Part shown: piece after piece, positions 8,951 through 19,430 of the stretch
How positions within the stretch are numbered: the stretch's first letter is position 1
Layout: each line of letters opens with the position of its first letter
DNA from: Candidatus Obscuribacterales bacterium
Lineage (GTDB): Bacteria > Cyanobacteriota > Vampirovibrionia > Obscuribacterales > Obscuribacteraceae
Reading direction: 5' to 3'
Assembly (NCBI GenBank): GCA_965228855.1
Contig: CBDDIJ010000002.1
Coordinates: forward strand, 2,368,001-2,432,000
Length of the DNA: 64,000 nucleotides
Made by a program: the position numbers and the translations under genes
The notes under the pieces: generated by a model
What the model was told of the DNA's origin: nothing
The model's database searches: none
The model's input: only the letters and a program-made list of their open reading frames with translations

Positions 8951-9223
8951 TATTCAGGATGTCCTCTGGGCTTTCCTGGCACGCGTGGGCGTAGTGCGGT
9001 TGATCGCAAGCGCGACGGAGCCAATGGGAATGCCCATTAGTAAGAGGGAAGTGTCCGGCTCACCCCACAGTACGCATTTTTCTTGTCCGAAACACTGGGG
9101 TGATCCCTGAGTATCTACCCGGGATCACTTTGAATGTTGTCCGATTCGAGGGGGATGGGTTAAAATTCCTCAGTTTAATCTCAGGAGCCAGCCGCTTTCG
9201 CCTCCTGATCTATACGGATATAA

Positions 9224-10063
9224 ATGACCGCAGGTATAAAGAGACTTGATAGACAGATGCCACCGAATCCGGTGCGGCTCCTATTTGTCTTCGCTCCGGC
9301 CATGATGCTGGCGATGGTCTTGCTGTGCGCTGCAGGTACTAAAACTCCAGCCCATCAATTCTGTGACGATGGTGACAAGGCTGCCGGTGTCGGTCGCTAT
9401 GATGAGGCTATTTCCTTATATAACAGGGCTATAAAGGCGGATGCTGGGCTCAGCAGAGCTTATTTAAACCGTGGGATCGCATACGACAATCTCGACAAGT
9501 TTGATTTGGCACTGAAAGACTTTGATAAGGCACTTGAGCTATGCCCTCCGGATGATAAGTTTCGCCAGGAGTTCTACTACAATCGCGGTATGTGTCTGCA
9601 TCGACTCGGTCGTTTCAATGATGCGATAAAGGATTATGATGCTGCGATAAAGCTTCAGAAGGATGCGAGCTTTCACTTTATGCGCGGTAAGAGCCATCGC
9701 TCGGCGGGCAGTCCGGGTAAGGCGGTGAGCGATTTTGACATTGCTGCTTCGCAAGCCGAGGGTGATGATCGTGCGATGAGTTTATTTCACCGGGGGCTAG
9801 CGTATCGGGATCTTGGACGAAATGATAAAGCGCTCGACGATTTCACCCTGGCGATAGCGAATTTCGAGCAGGGCTATGATGGTAAAGATTCCATGCAATT
9901 GAAAGGTTCAAAACATAACCTACCGGCTGCGTACTGGGAGCGTGGGCATCTTTACGAGAAGCTAGGCAAGAAAGAACTTGCGGCTAAGGACTTGAAGAAA
10001 GCCGAGGACTTCCATTACAGACCGGATATCGAACATCGCCTACCGGTTCCGGTCGCTCAGTAG
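9224..10063 (+). CDS. Tetratricopeptide repeat protein, probably exported
   Basis: Repeated AY.NRG...A..D(F/Y)..A TPR units; N-terminal hydrophobic segment; exact start uncertain. Confidence 0.85.
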   Translation: MTAGIKRLDRQMPPNPVRLLFVFAPAMMLAMVLLCAAGTKTPAHQFCDDGDKAAGVGRYDEAISLYNRAIKADAGLSRAYLNRGIAYDNLDKFDLALKDFDKALELCPPDDKFRQEFYYNRGMCLHRLGRFNDAIKDYDAAIKLQKDASFHFMRGKSHRSAGSPGKAVSDFDIAASQAEGDDRAMSLFHRGLAYRDLGRNDKALDDFTLAIANFEQGYDGKDSMQLKGSKHNLPAAYWERGHLYEKLGKKELAAKDLKKAEDFHYRPDIEHRLPVPVAQ

Positions 10064-10118
10064 GCACCAATTGCGGTGGCGAAGCTCAAGGCTTTTGGTG
10101 CAACCGCGGGCGGTGACC

Positions 10119-10703
10119 CTAAATCATACTCTTTCGCTGCGCGAATAGCATGGTCAGCGGAATAGCAATGGTTACGGGGCTGTCAAAACCCGGAATTTGC
10201 GTTTCTGTCGAAAGGACAAGCTGATTTTTTTCGTTACGAGACAAAAGCGCACTACCTTTGACATCAATTACTTGTTCGAGCGGACCAAGTTTAAACGTCA
10301 TCGAAAGGCCTCGGCGAATGTTCATTCGCAGACCACGTTTTTCTTTGTCCACAATCGCACCAAAGTTCAAATCCTCGCCAAACTTAACGGCTGTCAAATC
10401 CACCAGAGGGGCTACGGGATGTTTGAATTTGAGCACAAGCTCCTTCTTGCGTTTAATGTCGACGTCAAGCTCCATCTGCCCTTTCGGAATGATCTGCACC
10501 GACTTTACGCCCGTCAGCTCGGTACACAGTTCGCTAATCAGGTCCACCGCAAACTGATAACCGTCTTTGCCCAGACGAAAAAGTTCAGTAATCATATTTT
10601 TTGCCGCTTTTTGATTTTCTTCCGAAACCAACGTCAGCAACTGGCGTTCTATCTCTTGGTAGACGAAGGGACGCTTGTCCTCTTCATGCGGCTTATCGGC
10701 CAT
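10119..10703 (-). CDS. Hypothetical protein
   Basis: 194 aa ORF with GAGG RBS and natural composition. Confidence 0.7.
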   Translation of the reverse strand: MADKPHEEDKRPFVYQEIERQLLTLVSEENQKAAKNMITELFRLGKDGYQFAVDLISELCTELTGVKSVQIIPKGQMELDVDIKRKKELVLKFKHPVAPLVDLTAVKFGEDLNFGAIVDKEKRGLRMNIRRGLSMTFKLGPLEQVIDVKGSALLSRNEKNQLVLSTETQIPGFDSPVTIAIPLTMLFAQRKSMI

Positions 10704-10755
10704 TTGAACCTCTCGCCCTGACTAGGGACTGCATTATGCCTGTGATTATACCAAG

Positions 10756-11052
10756 CTATAGTGCAGCCTGCATTGGCCCGCTTAATGCGTTGTCACCGGG
10801 TGCCAAAGTTGCTCGGTACGTGTGGAAATCACCATGTTCAGATCTGATGGTCTCGACTATGATGGTAAGTGTTTTCTCAGTGGGAACCGCTGGTTGCGCA
10901 ATGACAGAACCTGCCAGAAACACGGATACGAGTCTAATTAGCCTTCTTGCTGGCTTTAAGGTTGAATTGCAATGCGGTGAGCTTAGAGCGTCCGCGGTGG
11001 AGATTGAATGCAACATGACCGACTCAGAGGTCGCCGACGCGTTTGCCGGCAT
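10756..11052 (-). CDS. Possible small hypothetical protein
   Basis: Fills the gap between co-oriented genes; no recognisable motif. Confidence 0.3.
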   Translation of the reverse strand: MPANASATSESVMLHSISTADALSSPHCNSTLKPARRLIRLVSVFLAGSVIAQPAVPTEKTLTIIVETIRSEHGDFHTYRATLAPGDNALSGPMQAAL

Positions 11053-11121
11053 TCAAAAGCTATCTATTGAATCCATGAAGTCGATCGTTGACAGTTTGAG
11101 TTAGCTGATTCTGACATTGAT

Positions 11122-14100
11122 TCAATGGCTTTTGGGGCTTAGAATTTCATTTGAGTTGACTTCGCTTGTCGCTGGTTCGCCACCAGTAGCGGTACCGTCC
11201 GTCGGAAAGTGTTTTAAAACCCACTTCTGAAAATCGTCCATGTATGTAAAAACAACTGGCACCACCAGTAGTGTCAATATCGTCGACATGAACAGACCGC
11301 CGACTACAGCAATTGCCATTGGCGCGCGGGCCTCCGCGCCGGCACCCAAGCCGATTGCAATCGGTAGCATCCCGGCTATCATGGCGGTGGTCGTCATGAG
11401 AATTGGACGCATTCTGGTTCTACCAGCCGTAAAAATAGCTTCCTCTCGACTCATACCTTCCTTCATCGCTACCAGGCAGTATTCGACGAGCAGAATCGCG
11501 TTTTTGGTCACCAGACCCATAAGCATTACGATCCCAATCAGGGCATACATATCAATTGGCTTGTTGAACAACAGTAGTCCTATGAGCGCTCCGCCCAGTG
11601 ACAGCGGAAGCGACATCATGATGGTAAATGGATGGAGAAATCCGCGGAAAAGAAGCACTAAGACAGCGTAAATTAGAAGCACGCCGGTCACGATCGAATA
11701 GCCGAAACCGCCGAAGATGTCGCTCTGGATTTCGGCGTCTCCTGCCTTGTGCTCACTGACCGATGGAGGCATGTGTTTAAAAGACGGCAAATTGTGGATC
11801 TTCGAGATTGCCTCACCGAGCGTCAAGTTGGCTCCGGACTTTGCTGTTATGGAAACCTGGCGAGCGCGATCGTAACGATCTACCTTAAACAGACCGCTGT
11901 CAAATTCTACGTGCGCAACACTCGAGAGGGGAACCAGGCGACCGTTGTTTCCGACAACTCGCAGGTTTCCTACGACAGACATCTTTTGTCTGAACTTAGG
12001 ATCGAGTCTGACGACAATCGCGATCTGTCTGTCGCTGAGATCAAATTTCGGTCGATTGGCGTCGATATCACCCATGGTGGCAACCAGCGCCGTTCTCGCT
12101 ATTGACTCGACCGAGACTCCTTGCTCTGCTGCACGAGCGAAATCAGGATGGACAACGATTTCCGGCCGCAATGCGGCCGCACTGGACTGAATGTCCGTTA
12201 GACCCGGGACGGTTCGAATCTCCTTTACGAGTTCAGTTGCAGTGTTCTGAAGGGCCTCCGGGTCGTGACTTGTCAAAAGTACATGCACGGCTCCTGAACC
12301 CCAGCCTCCACCGAATGTTACACGGGCTCCGGGAACCAGTAATAGCTGGGGTCTAATCAGATCTTCGAATTGATCTTGCGTTAATTTGCGCTGGTCTCTT
12401 GGTTTTAGTAGAACAATTAGCCGACCTTGATTCACCTCTCCGCCGCTTCCGGCGCTGGAGAAAATAGTCTTGACCTCTGGGCGTTTAAGAACAATCCTGT
12501 TCAACTCCTTCAAGACTTCTACGGTGTCCTTGAGCTGTGAACCGGGCGGAAGCTCAACGCGTATATGAGATTCACCTCTATCTATCCGGGATACCAGAGA
12601 TGTCGGCAGGGATTTGAATAACCATATGCTGCCGGCGAAAAACATAATTCCAGCAATCACCGTTATTAATCGATGTTTGATGACGACCTTCAAGGCATCG
12701 TTATAAACCCTGTTGATCCAGGTCTCGCTATGGTTCTCCTCATGCTTCTTCAGCCAGTATGCCGCCATCACGGGAGTGATCAAGCGAGCGACCAGGAGGG
12801 AGCAGAACACTGCGACCGAGACGGTCAGTCCGAATTGGCGGAAAAATTGACCTGGAATTCCTCCCATGAATGCTACCGGTAAAAACACGACTACAGCAGC
12901 CAGAGTCGTCGCCACGACCGCAAGCCCAATTTCATCCGCCGCATCTATCGAGGCGAAGTATGGTTTTTTCCCCATATTCATGTGACGAACTATGTTTTCG
13001 ATTTCAACAATTGCGTCGTCTACGAGAATGCCGATCACAAGAGCAAGACCAAGCAGGGACATGTCATTCAACGTAAAATTCATTGCTTTCATGAACGCGA
13101 ATGTCGGTATCACAGATAGTGGCATTGCCAGAGCGGATATCAATGCCGCTCGACTGTCCCGAAGGAACAACCAGATAACGACCACTGCCAGGATCGCGCC
13201 CAAGATTAGCGATTCGAAGGTTGCCTCGCAAGACTCGCGGACGAATTGCGCGCCGCTAAACACCTGAGTCAATTTCACGTCCGGATATTTCTTTTCGAGT
13301 TCCTTGACCACGGCGGCCGCATCTTTTTCCACCGCCACGATGTTATGACCACGGCGTCTGACGACTTCCATGCCGACCGCCGGCTTACCATCGAGCAAAG
13401 CCATGTGGCGCTGCTCGGAACTGCCGTCGGTGATGGTGCCAAGCGAGTTGAGTTCTACCCATCTGCCTCCGGGCAGCGAAATACGTTCGGACCCGAGCGT
13501 ATCGATGTTATGGGCGCTTCCCAGTGTTCTGATTGACTGTTCCGACGATCCGATTTCTCCGCGACCGCCGGGCAGATTGACGTTTAAACCACGCAGTTGC
13601 TGGTTGACCATGTCGGCTGTGACGCCCATCGCTTCCAGTCTTACCGGGTCCAGATTTACACAGATTTGTCGGTCCACGCCACCGAAACGGTAGACTTGAC
13701 CGATGCCTGGCTTCGCCATGAGTGCACGCGAAAAATCGTTCTCAATCAAGTATGTGAGCTCTTTGGCTGAGCGTCGAGGAGATTCGACGGTGTAAGTGAT
13801 ACCGGAATCCTCGACAAAATCCTGGCGCTGAATAATTGGCTCGTCAATGCCACGCGGCAACTGAGCGCGAATCCTGGTAACTGCTTCGCGAACATCGTTG
13901 GTGGCACGATCGCTGCTTGTTCCCAATTCGAATTCAATATCGGTGTTCGATACACCGGTGTTCAGCGTGGAGCGAATGTGTTTAACGTTAGCAACGCCGG
14001 CGACTGCGTCTTCGACGCGTCTGGTTATTTGAGTTTCCAATTCCAGAGGCGCAGCACCGCTCTCCGTGACCGTTACGGAAACCCAGGGCACATCGATGTT

Positions 14101-14220
14101 TGGTTGCTGTTCAATACCTAGCGACATCAGTGCCTGGATGCCGGCGACGCTCAGAAGGAGAAAAAGTATTATCGGAGGAATTGGATTGCGAATGCACCAG
14201 GCCGATATGTTCCAGTTCAT
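11122..14220 (-). CDS. RND efflux transporter permease (AcrB/AcrD/AcrF family)
   Basis: 1032 aa; GILVDDAIVEIEN, GLVTKNAILLVE, RMRPILMTT. Confidence 0.96.
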   Translation of the reverse strand: MNWNISAWCIRNPIPPIILFLLLSVAGIQALMSLGIEQQPNIDVPWVSVTVTESGAAPLELETQITRRVEDAVAGVANVKHIRSTLNTGVSNTDIEFELGTSSDRATNDVREAVTRIRAQLPRGIDEPIIQRQDFVEDSGITYTVESPRRSAKELTYLIENDFSRALMAKPGIGQVYRFGGVDRQICVNLDPVRLEAMGVTADMVNQQLRGLNVNLPGGRGEIGSSEQSIRTLGSAHNIDTLGSERISLPGGRWVELNSLGTITDGSSEQRHMALLDGKPAVGMEVVRRRGHNIVAVEKDAAAVVKELEKKYPDVKLTQVFSGAQFVRESCEATFESLILGAILAVVVIWLFLRDSRAALISALAMPLSVIPTFAFMKAMNFTLNDMSLLGLALVIGILVDDAIVEIENIVRHMNMGKKPYFASIDAADEIGLAVVATTLAAVVVFLPVAFMGGIPGQFFRQFGLTVSVAVFCSLLVARLITPVMAAYWLKKHEENHSETWINRVYNDALKVVIKHRLITVIAGIMFFAGSIWLFKSLPTSLVSRIDRGESHIRVELPPGSQLKDTVEVLKELNRIVLKRPEVKTIFSSAGSGGEVNQGRLIVLLKPRDQRKLTQDQFEDLIRPQLLLVPGARVTFGGGWGSGAVHVLLTSHDPEALQNTATELVKEIRTVPGLTDIQSSAAALRPEIVVHPDFARAAEQGVSVESIARTALVATMGDIDANRPKFDLSDRQIAIVVRLDPKFRQKMSVVGNLRVVGNNGRLVPLSSVAHVEFDSGLFKVDRYDRARQVSITAKSGANLTLGEAISKIHNLPSFKHMPPSVSEHKAGDAEIQSDIFGGFGYSIVTGVLLIYAVLVLLFRGFLHPFTIMMSLPLSLGGALIGLLLFNKPIDMYALIGIVMLMGLVTKNAILLVEYCLVAMKEGMSREEAIFTAGRTRMRPILMTTTAMIAGMLPIAIGLGAGAEARAPMAIAVVGGLFMSTILTLLVVPVVFTYMDDFQKWVLKHFPTDGTATGGEPATSEVNSNEILSPKSH

Positions 14221-15791
14221 TTTGCCACTCGCACCAGATCGCGGTCTGCAAGGAATCTAGCGCCTTTCTCGACGACGATTTCGCCTGCCGCGAGACCGTT
14301 TCTAATCTCGGCAAATTCTTCGGTCTGGATTCCTGGCTTCACGATAGTGCTGAGTGCTCTATTTTCTGCGTCTAGTTTAAATACTACTGATTCGCCGTTT
14401 CGCGTTACGATCGATGATACCGGCACTGTAACGGCGTCCCTCATGCCGACGCGAACTTCACCACGAACGAACATACCCTGTTTTAATCCGGCGTTACTAG
14501 GAAGGTCGATTCGCACGATACCATATCTGGTGGCGGGATCGACCAGCGGATTGACCAGTCTGACCGTGCCCTTGATAGGCTGTGCATCATCTTCTTTGAT
14601 GGTGACGTCTACCGATTGACCCGGCTGAATCCTTGCGATGTCAATGTCGGAAACTTGAGCTCTCAGTTCTAACCGATCCATTCGGACCATAAGGAACATC
14701 GGCGTTCCGGCAGCTGTGATGTCACCGATGTGCGCATCGCGACGCGATATCAATCCATCGTCCGGGGCACGTATGATTGTCTGAGCAATTTGCTCTTCGA
14801 GTTGTTGGATCTGTGCTTTAGTCTCGGCAACAGTTGCGCGTGATATTTGAACATCTTCCAGGCGTCCGCCACGAGTAGCAATCAGAAATCGTTGCCGCGC
14901 CTGCTGAACCTGTTGGCTTGCCGCTTTGATTCGCTCATCCGCGGACTTAACTTCTTCGCGCGCATTTACTGCAGTGACTTGCTTGTTCTCCGCGTCTTGC
15001 ATACTGATCGCGCCGGCTCTGGCGAGTTCCGTAAATCGATGGGCGGCCGTTTCGGCATTTCCGAGATTGGCATAGGCCTGTTTTCGCTTAGCTTCTTCTT
15101 GCGCGACATTCGCCTCTGATTGCGCGAGAGCGGCTCGCAGAGCGATTATATCTTCGGGTCTGTTAGGCTGAATGGCTTTGCCGAGATTTGCGTGACTCGA
15201 TTGCAGGCGCGCTTTTGCCTGGTCGAGTTGCGCGCGCAGCAGTGCGGAGTTGAGTGTGGCAAGCACCTGCCCTTTGCGTACCCTATCGCCTTCTTCTACG
15301 TTTATCTCGGTTATGCGCAATCCGCTGACTTCAGAACCTATTGCCAGCGGGTCCCATGCCCAAACGGAACCTGTTACGCTCAGGTCATCTTCGACGCTCT
15401 TGATCTGGGCGACAGCTTTAGTGACCGTCACCACAGCTGGTGACGCCGTCAACTGCGTCTTTGCGGTCTGAGCCTTTTGATATTCGTTGAAACCGTATAC
15501 AGATCCCGCCACAACACCGATTAAGACGAGGACACTGACCGCCACTGCTTTGGGGCGTTTTAGGAAGTTGGCGACATTCGTGTTTGCTGTTTCTCCATCC
15601 GGTTTCGTCTGTTGGGTTGCCTTCTTTGACGCAAGGCTGCGATGCACGGCGGAAACATCCTGAATTTCCATCTCCAGCGAGCGGTTTAGTTGTTGACGAG
15701 TTTGCTCGTCGGAACTTGAAGATTCCGCATGCGCGTTCAAGCTCGCCGTAAGCCGTTTAGCCTCAGCTGCTTCGGATGTTTCAGGCTTCAC
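14217..15791 (-). CDS. RND periplasmic adaptor (membrane fusion protein)
   Basis: VEEGDRVRKGQVLA and IRAPDDG lipoyl halves, long coiled coil; ATGA overlap with RND gene. Confidence 0.93.
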   Translation of the reverse strand: MKPETSEAAEAKRLTASLNAHAESSSSDEQTRQQLNRSLEMEIQDVSAVHRSLASKKATQQTKPDGETANTNVANFLKRPKAVAVSVLVLIGVVAGSVYGFNEYQKAQTAKTQLTASPAVVTVTKAVAQIKSVEDDLSVTGSVWAWDPLAIGSEVSGLRITEINVEEGDRVRKGQVLATLNSALLRAQLDQAKARLQSSHANLGKAIQPNRPEDIIALRAALAQSEANVAQEEAKRKQAYANLGNAETAAHRFTELARAGAISMQDAENKQVTAVNAREEVKSADERIKAASQQVQQARQRFLIATRGGRLEDVQISRATVAETKAQIQQLEEQIAQTIIRAPDDGLISRRDAHIGDITAAGTPMFLMVRMDRLELRAQVSDIDIARIQPGQSVDVTIKEDDAQPIKGTVRLVNPLVDPATRYGIVRIDLPSNAGLKQGMFVRGEVRVGMRDAVTVPVSSIVTRNGESVVFKLDAENRALSTIVKPGIQTEEFAEIRNGLAAGEIVVEKGARFLADRDLVRVAK

Positions 15792-16049
15792 TGGGTGGAC
15801 CTCCGGGCAAAGGCCATCCTTCTAATGGGCTTTACTATTGGCAAGGGTAAGGGAATTATGAGACCGAATCAATCCTTTGTGGGGAAATTTTGATATTCCT
15901 TTAATTTTGCGAGCTAATTTTGATAGATTCCAAGAAGAATTTACGGATGCTGTGCGTAATCAAAACACAGTCCAGTGTACGCGAATTCAGAAACGCGCGC
16001 TTGAAAATTCACCCTGGAGCATGTTCGATTCTGCGCTATTCTGGTTTTC

Positions 16050-16664
16050 ATGGAAAGCGAATCATTTGTGGTATTGAAAACGGCTGCGCTCAACGGCGAC
16101 GTCGATTCGCAGTTTGAGCTGGCTATAAAATACGAGACTGGGAGCGGCATTGAGCGCAGCGGAGCGGAGGCTTTCGAGTGGCTCAAAAAAGCCAGTGCCG
16201 CCGGTCACATCGACGCTACTGTTGCATTGGGAAAGAAGTACGAGCATGGTGATGACGTGAAGCAGAACGTCAGGCTGGCCTGCGCGACCTACCGGAAAGC
16301 TGCTGACGCCGGTGACGCAAACGCACAGATGTGTCTGGCTAAAATGTACTTGCTTGGTAAAGGGGTTCATGCTGATGCTGAGGAAGCCTTCGAGTGGTAT
16401 CAACGCGCGGCTCAGCAAGGACATGCGATTGCACAATTCAATATTGCGGAGATGCTGTTGAACGAAAGGGGCGTTGAACCTGATGACGCTCGGGCATTCA
16501 TGTGGTGTCTCAAAGCTGCTGAGCAAGGCGTTTGCGAGGCGATGACGCGAGTCGCGAAACTTTATCAAGATGGTCGTGGTGTGGAGAAAAACGAAGGACT
16601 TGCTCATGAGTGGTATCAGCGCGCCGCGGAAAGCGCTCTGGCTGCGGAGCAAGCCGCCGATTAG
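16050..16664 (+). CDS. Sel1-repeat protein
   Basis: About five AQ..L...Y..G.GV...A..W...AA..G repeats. Confidence 0.9.
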   Translation: MESESFVVLKTAALNGDVDSQFELAIKYETGSGIERSGAEAFEWLKKASAAGHIDATVALGKKYEHGDDVKQNVRLACATYRKAADAGDANAQMCLAKMYLLGKGVHADAEEAFEWYQRAAQQGHAIAQFNIAEMLLNERGVEPDDARAFMWCLKAAEQGVCEAMTRVAKLYQDGRGVEKNEGLAHEWYQRAAESALAAEQAAD

Positions 16665-18472
16665 CAGCTAACTTCGTCCATCATCGTCGCTGTTTTTTCT
16701 GAATCGACCCTATTCCACAATTCAGCAAGGCGTCCATTTTTGTCGAGCAACGATCGCAAGCTACCGTGTTCTACAATTCGACCATCATCGAACACATAGA
16801 TGTAGTCGAACATATCCAGCAGGTGCAATTTGTGTACGGCTGAAATGATGCACTTATCCTTGAACGTCTTAAGCAGATTCTCGTAGATGATGTGCTCATT
16901 CTGCTGGTCCACGCTGCTTGTTGGCTCGTCGAGAAGAACGATATCACTGTCTTGCGCGAAGAAGATTCCGCGCGCTAGTGCAAGACGTTGTTTTTCGCCG
17001 CCGCTCAAGTTTATGCCTTTCTCGGCGATATTAGTTTCCAATCCTGCCGGCAGGCGAGCGAGTACGTTGTCGAAACGTGCCAGGCGTATAGCTTCCTGAA
17101 CGTCCGTTTCATCAGCTTCTACGCCGAACGTTATGTTAAAGCGAATGGTGTCCGCAAAAATTTCTGGATCTTGCGGCATCAAAGTAGTGCATCCGTGCAG
17201 GCATTTTAGCGCGCCCGGCAACTCTACACCGTCGCGTTTCAATCTGGCATTGTCAGTGTACTGTACGCCTCGAATTAGGCTCAGCAAGGTACTTTTACCG
17301 CTACCGCTCTCACCTACGAATGCAATCGCTTTTCCACGTTCTAAAAACACATCTATCTCGGTAAGATGATGCGAGCGATGTTTCTCATCTTCGTAAATGA
17401 AGTCCAAATCGCATATTTCAACGGACCTCCAGTCCTTTGGCAGGTCGAATTTCTCAGGTGTGTCGGCGCGTTCTGCGTGTGCTGCTTCCAATGTTTCAGC
17501 ACTTTGAACATCGGCTGCTTGCCGTGTCACTGAACCATATAACCAGGCAAAGTTGTAGAACGAATCACCGATGCGACGAAGGTATTCGAACAGAGTGAAG
17601 AACGTGCCTGCCAGCAAGACTTTGCCTGTGGAGAGCGTATCGTGGGTGTACCATCCGAGCACAACGACAACCATAACTCCAATCGTAACGGTCGTCAGGC
17701 ACCATTTGATCTCGACCAGGTTATTGTTATGTTTAAACAGGTTCAAAGGCGCGTTCAACCGTCGCAATACCTCGGGCAATACTCGCTGCTCAAGCCGCAA
17801 GGTAATGACGGTCACAATGTTGGTGATGTAATCATGTATAGCGGATGCCGTAGTATTGTCAAACTTGTTCAGCTCTTTGTAGTTGTTATAGAGCAATCTA
17901 TCGAACCAGAAAATGATACCGACTGAGGTGGCAGCGATGGTGAATGAAACCGCTCCAGCAACAGGCATGAAGCACATCAAGACGATTTGTGCTCCAACCA
18001 GTCGGAACAGCATGTACGCGACTTCGAATGTGTTGTCGAAAAACTCGGTCAGCGCGATTGATGCACGATTGATTTTGTCGATGCTCTCACCGGAGTGATG
18101 CTCTCGGTGCCATTGCATTGGAAGCTCAGTGATCTTTCGAAACATCGAACTTTTGTAATTGACCTTTATATGGAAAGCAACGAATCGCTCGATTAAACGT
18201 GCGGGACCGTGGAATATCCAGAAGCCGACCTGTGTGAGAAAGTAAATGAACAAATAGAACAAAATGTCGTGTTCTAATTGCTGATGATCCGCGAAGTTTT
18301 TTGTAGCGCTTATTTGGACGCAGTTTATCACCTGACCGATGACGAACGGCTCTGCAAGCATGATAGCTTGAGAGGCTGCGTACATAACCAGATAGCAAAG
18401 AAACAGTGGGCGATAATTTTCAGCATATCGCCAGCCGGTGTAAAGCAAGTAGATGATTGGGTTTTTGCTCAT
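16661..18472 (-). CDS. ABC exporter, fused permease and ATPase
   Basis: N-terminal TMD; GESGSGKS, LSGGEKQR, LLDEPT. Confidence 0.93.
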   Translation of the reverse strand: MSKNPIIYLLYTGWRYAENYRPLFLCYLVMYAASQAIMLAEPFVIGQVINCVQISATKNFADHQQLEHDILFYLFIYFLTQVGFWIFHGPARLIERFVAFHIKVNYKSSMFRKITELPMQWHREHHSGESIDKINRASIALTEFFDNTFEVAYMLFRLVGAQIVLMCFMPVAGAVSFTIAATSVGIIFWFDRLLYNNYKELNKFDNTTASAIHDYITNIVTVITLRLEQRVLPEVLRRLNAPLNLFKHNNNLVEIKWCLTTVTIGVMVVVVLGWYTHDTLSTGKVLLAGTFFTLFEYLRRIGDSFYNFAWLYGSVTRQAADVQSAETLEAAHAERADTPEKFDLPKDWRSVEICDLDFIYEDEKHRSHHLTEIDVFLERGKAIAFVGESGSGKSTLLSLIRGVQYTDNARLKRDGVELPGALKCLHGCTTLMPQDPEIFADTIRFNITFGVEADETDVQEAIRLARFDNVLARLPAGLETNIAEKGINLSGGEKQRLALARGIFFAQDSDIVLLDEPTSSVDQQNEHIIYENLLKTFKDKCIISAVHKLHLLDMFDYIYVFDDGRIVEHGSLRSLLDKNGRLAELWNRVDSEKTATMMDEVSC

Positions 18473-18626
18473 TCACCTAATCGTACAAGAAATCATTTAA
18501 AAGAACGCGAGTCATTAATAACGTCAGTAATAAACTGGAATTATCACAATCCGGTCACATGGAAGTTCCGGCGTGAAAAATCTTTTGCGGGTCGCCTAAA
18601 ATGGACCAACGCGAGGTCATACAGAC

Positions 18627-19430
18627 ATGAAACCAAGAAATATTACCCTTACTATTTTTACGTTGACCGCTCTGGTCGGACCATTTCAGTTTCCTACTCC
18701 GGCAAGGGCGGAAGACCCATATGCCGCCGGAATGAAGTATTTTGAAAAAAGTGATATGCGTAATGCTGTCACGCAATTCAACAAAGCGATTCAAGCGAAA
18801 CCGACCGACGCGAATTTGTATAACAAACGCGGCGAAGCCTATGAGTTTCTGGACCAGCGCAAAAACGCTCGTAAGGATTACAATAAAGCGATTGCTCTCG
18901 ATCCCAAGAACGCCAGAGCTTATTTCAACCGTGCGCATCTTCTTAGAGGCGAGAACAGCTTAGAAAACGCAATCGCTGACTACGATCAGGCCGTCAAGTT
19001 TGATCCTAAAATGGTTGACGCCTTCGGTGATCGCGGAATGCTCTATAAGGAGTTGGGCAAAACTGACTTAGCAATCAAAGACTTCACCTCAGTCATCGCT
19101 GTCGATTCAAAATTGCGATGGCCACTGGTTCAACGTGGTCTCATCTATCTGGATGCGAAAAAATTTGACAAAGCAATCGCGGATTTCGATCAAATAGTGA
19201 AGTTGGATCCGAAGAATTTTGACAGTTACGAACTCCGTGGTCGGGGTTATTACGTCAAAGGCGATTACAAAAAAGCGATTGAAGATTTTACGCGGGTGAT
19301 CAAAATGAGCCCGGACTACGCGGGTGGTTACAAGTACCGATATGATGTTTACGTGAAAATGGAAGGCAAGAATTCCAAAAACGCGAAAGCGGATTTGGCA
19401 TTAGCCAGGAAGCATGGATATTCGCCCTAG
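18627..19430 (+). CDS. Secreted TPR protein
   Basis: Signal peptide ending PARA; about six TPRs. Confidence 0.88.
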   Translation: MKPRNITLTIFTLTALVGPFQFPTPARAEDPYAAGMKYFEKSDMRNAVTQFNKAIQAKPTDANLYNKRGEAYEFLDQRKNARKDYNKAIALDPKNARAYFNRAHLLRGENSLENAIADYDQAVKFDPKMVDAFGDRGMLYKELGKTDLAIKDFTSVIAVDSKLRWPLVQRGLIYLDAKKFDKAIADFDQIVKLDPKNFDSYELRGRGYYVKGDYKKAIEDFTRVIKMSPDYAGGYKYRYDVYVKMEGKNSKNAKADLALARKHGYSP

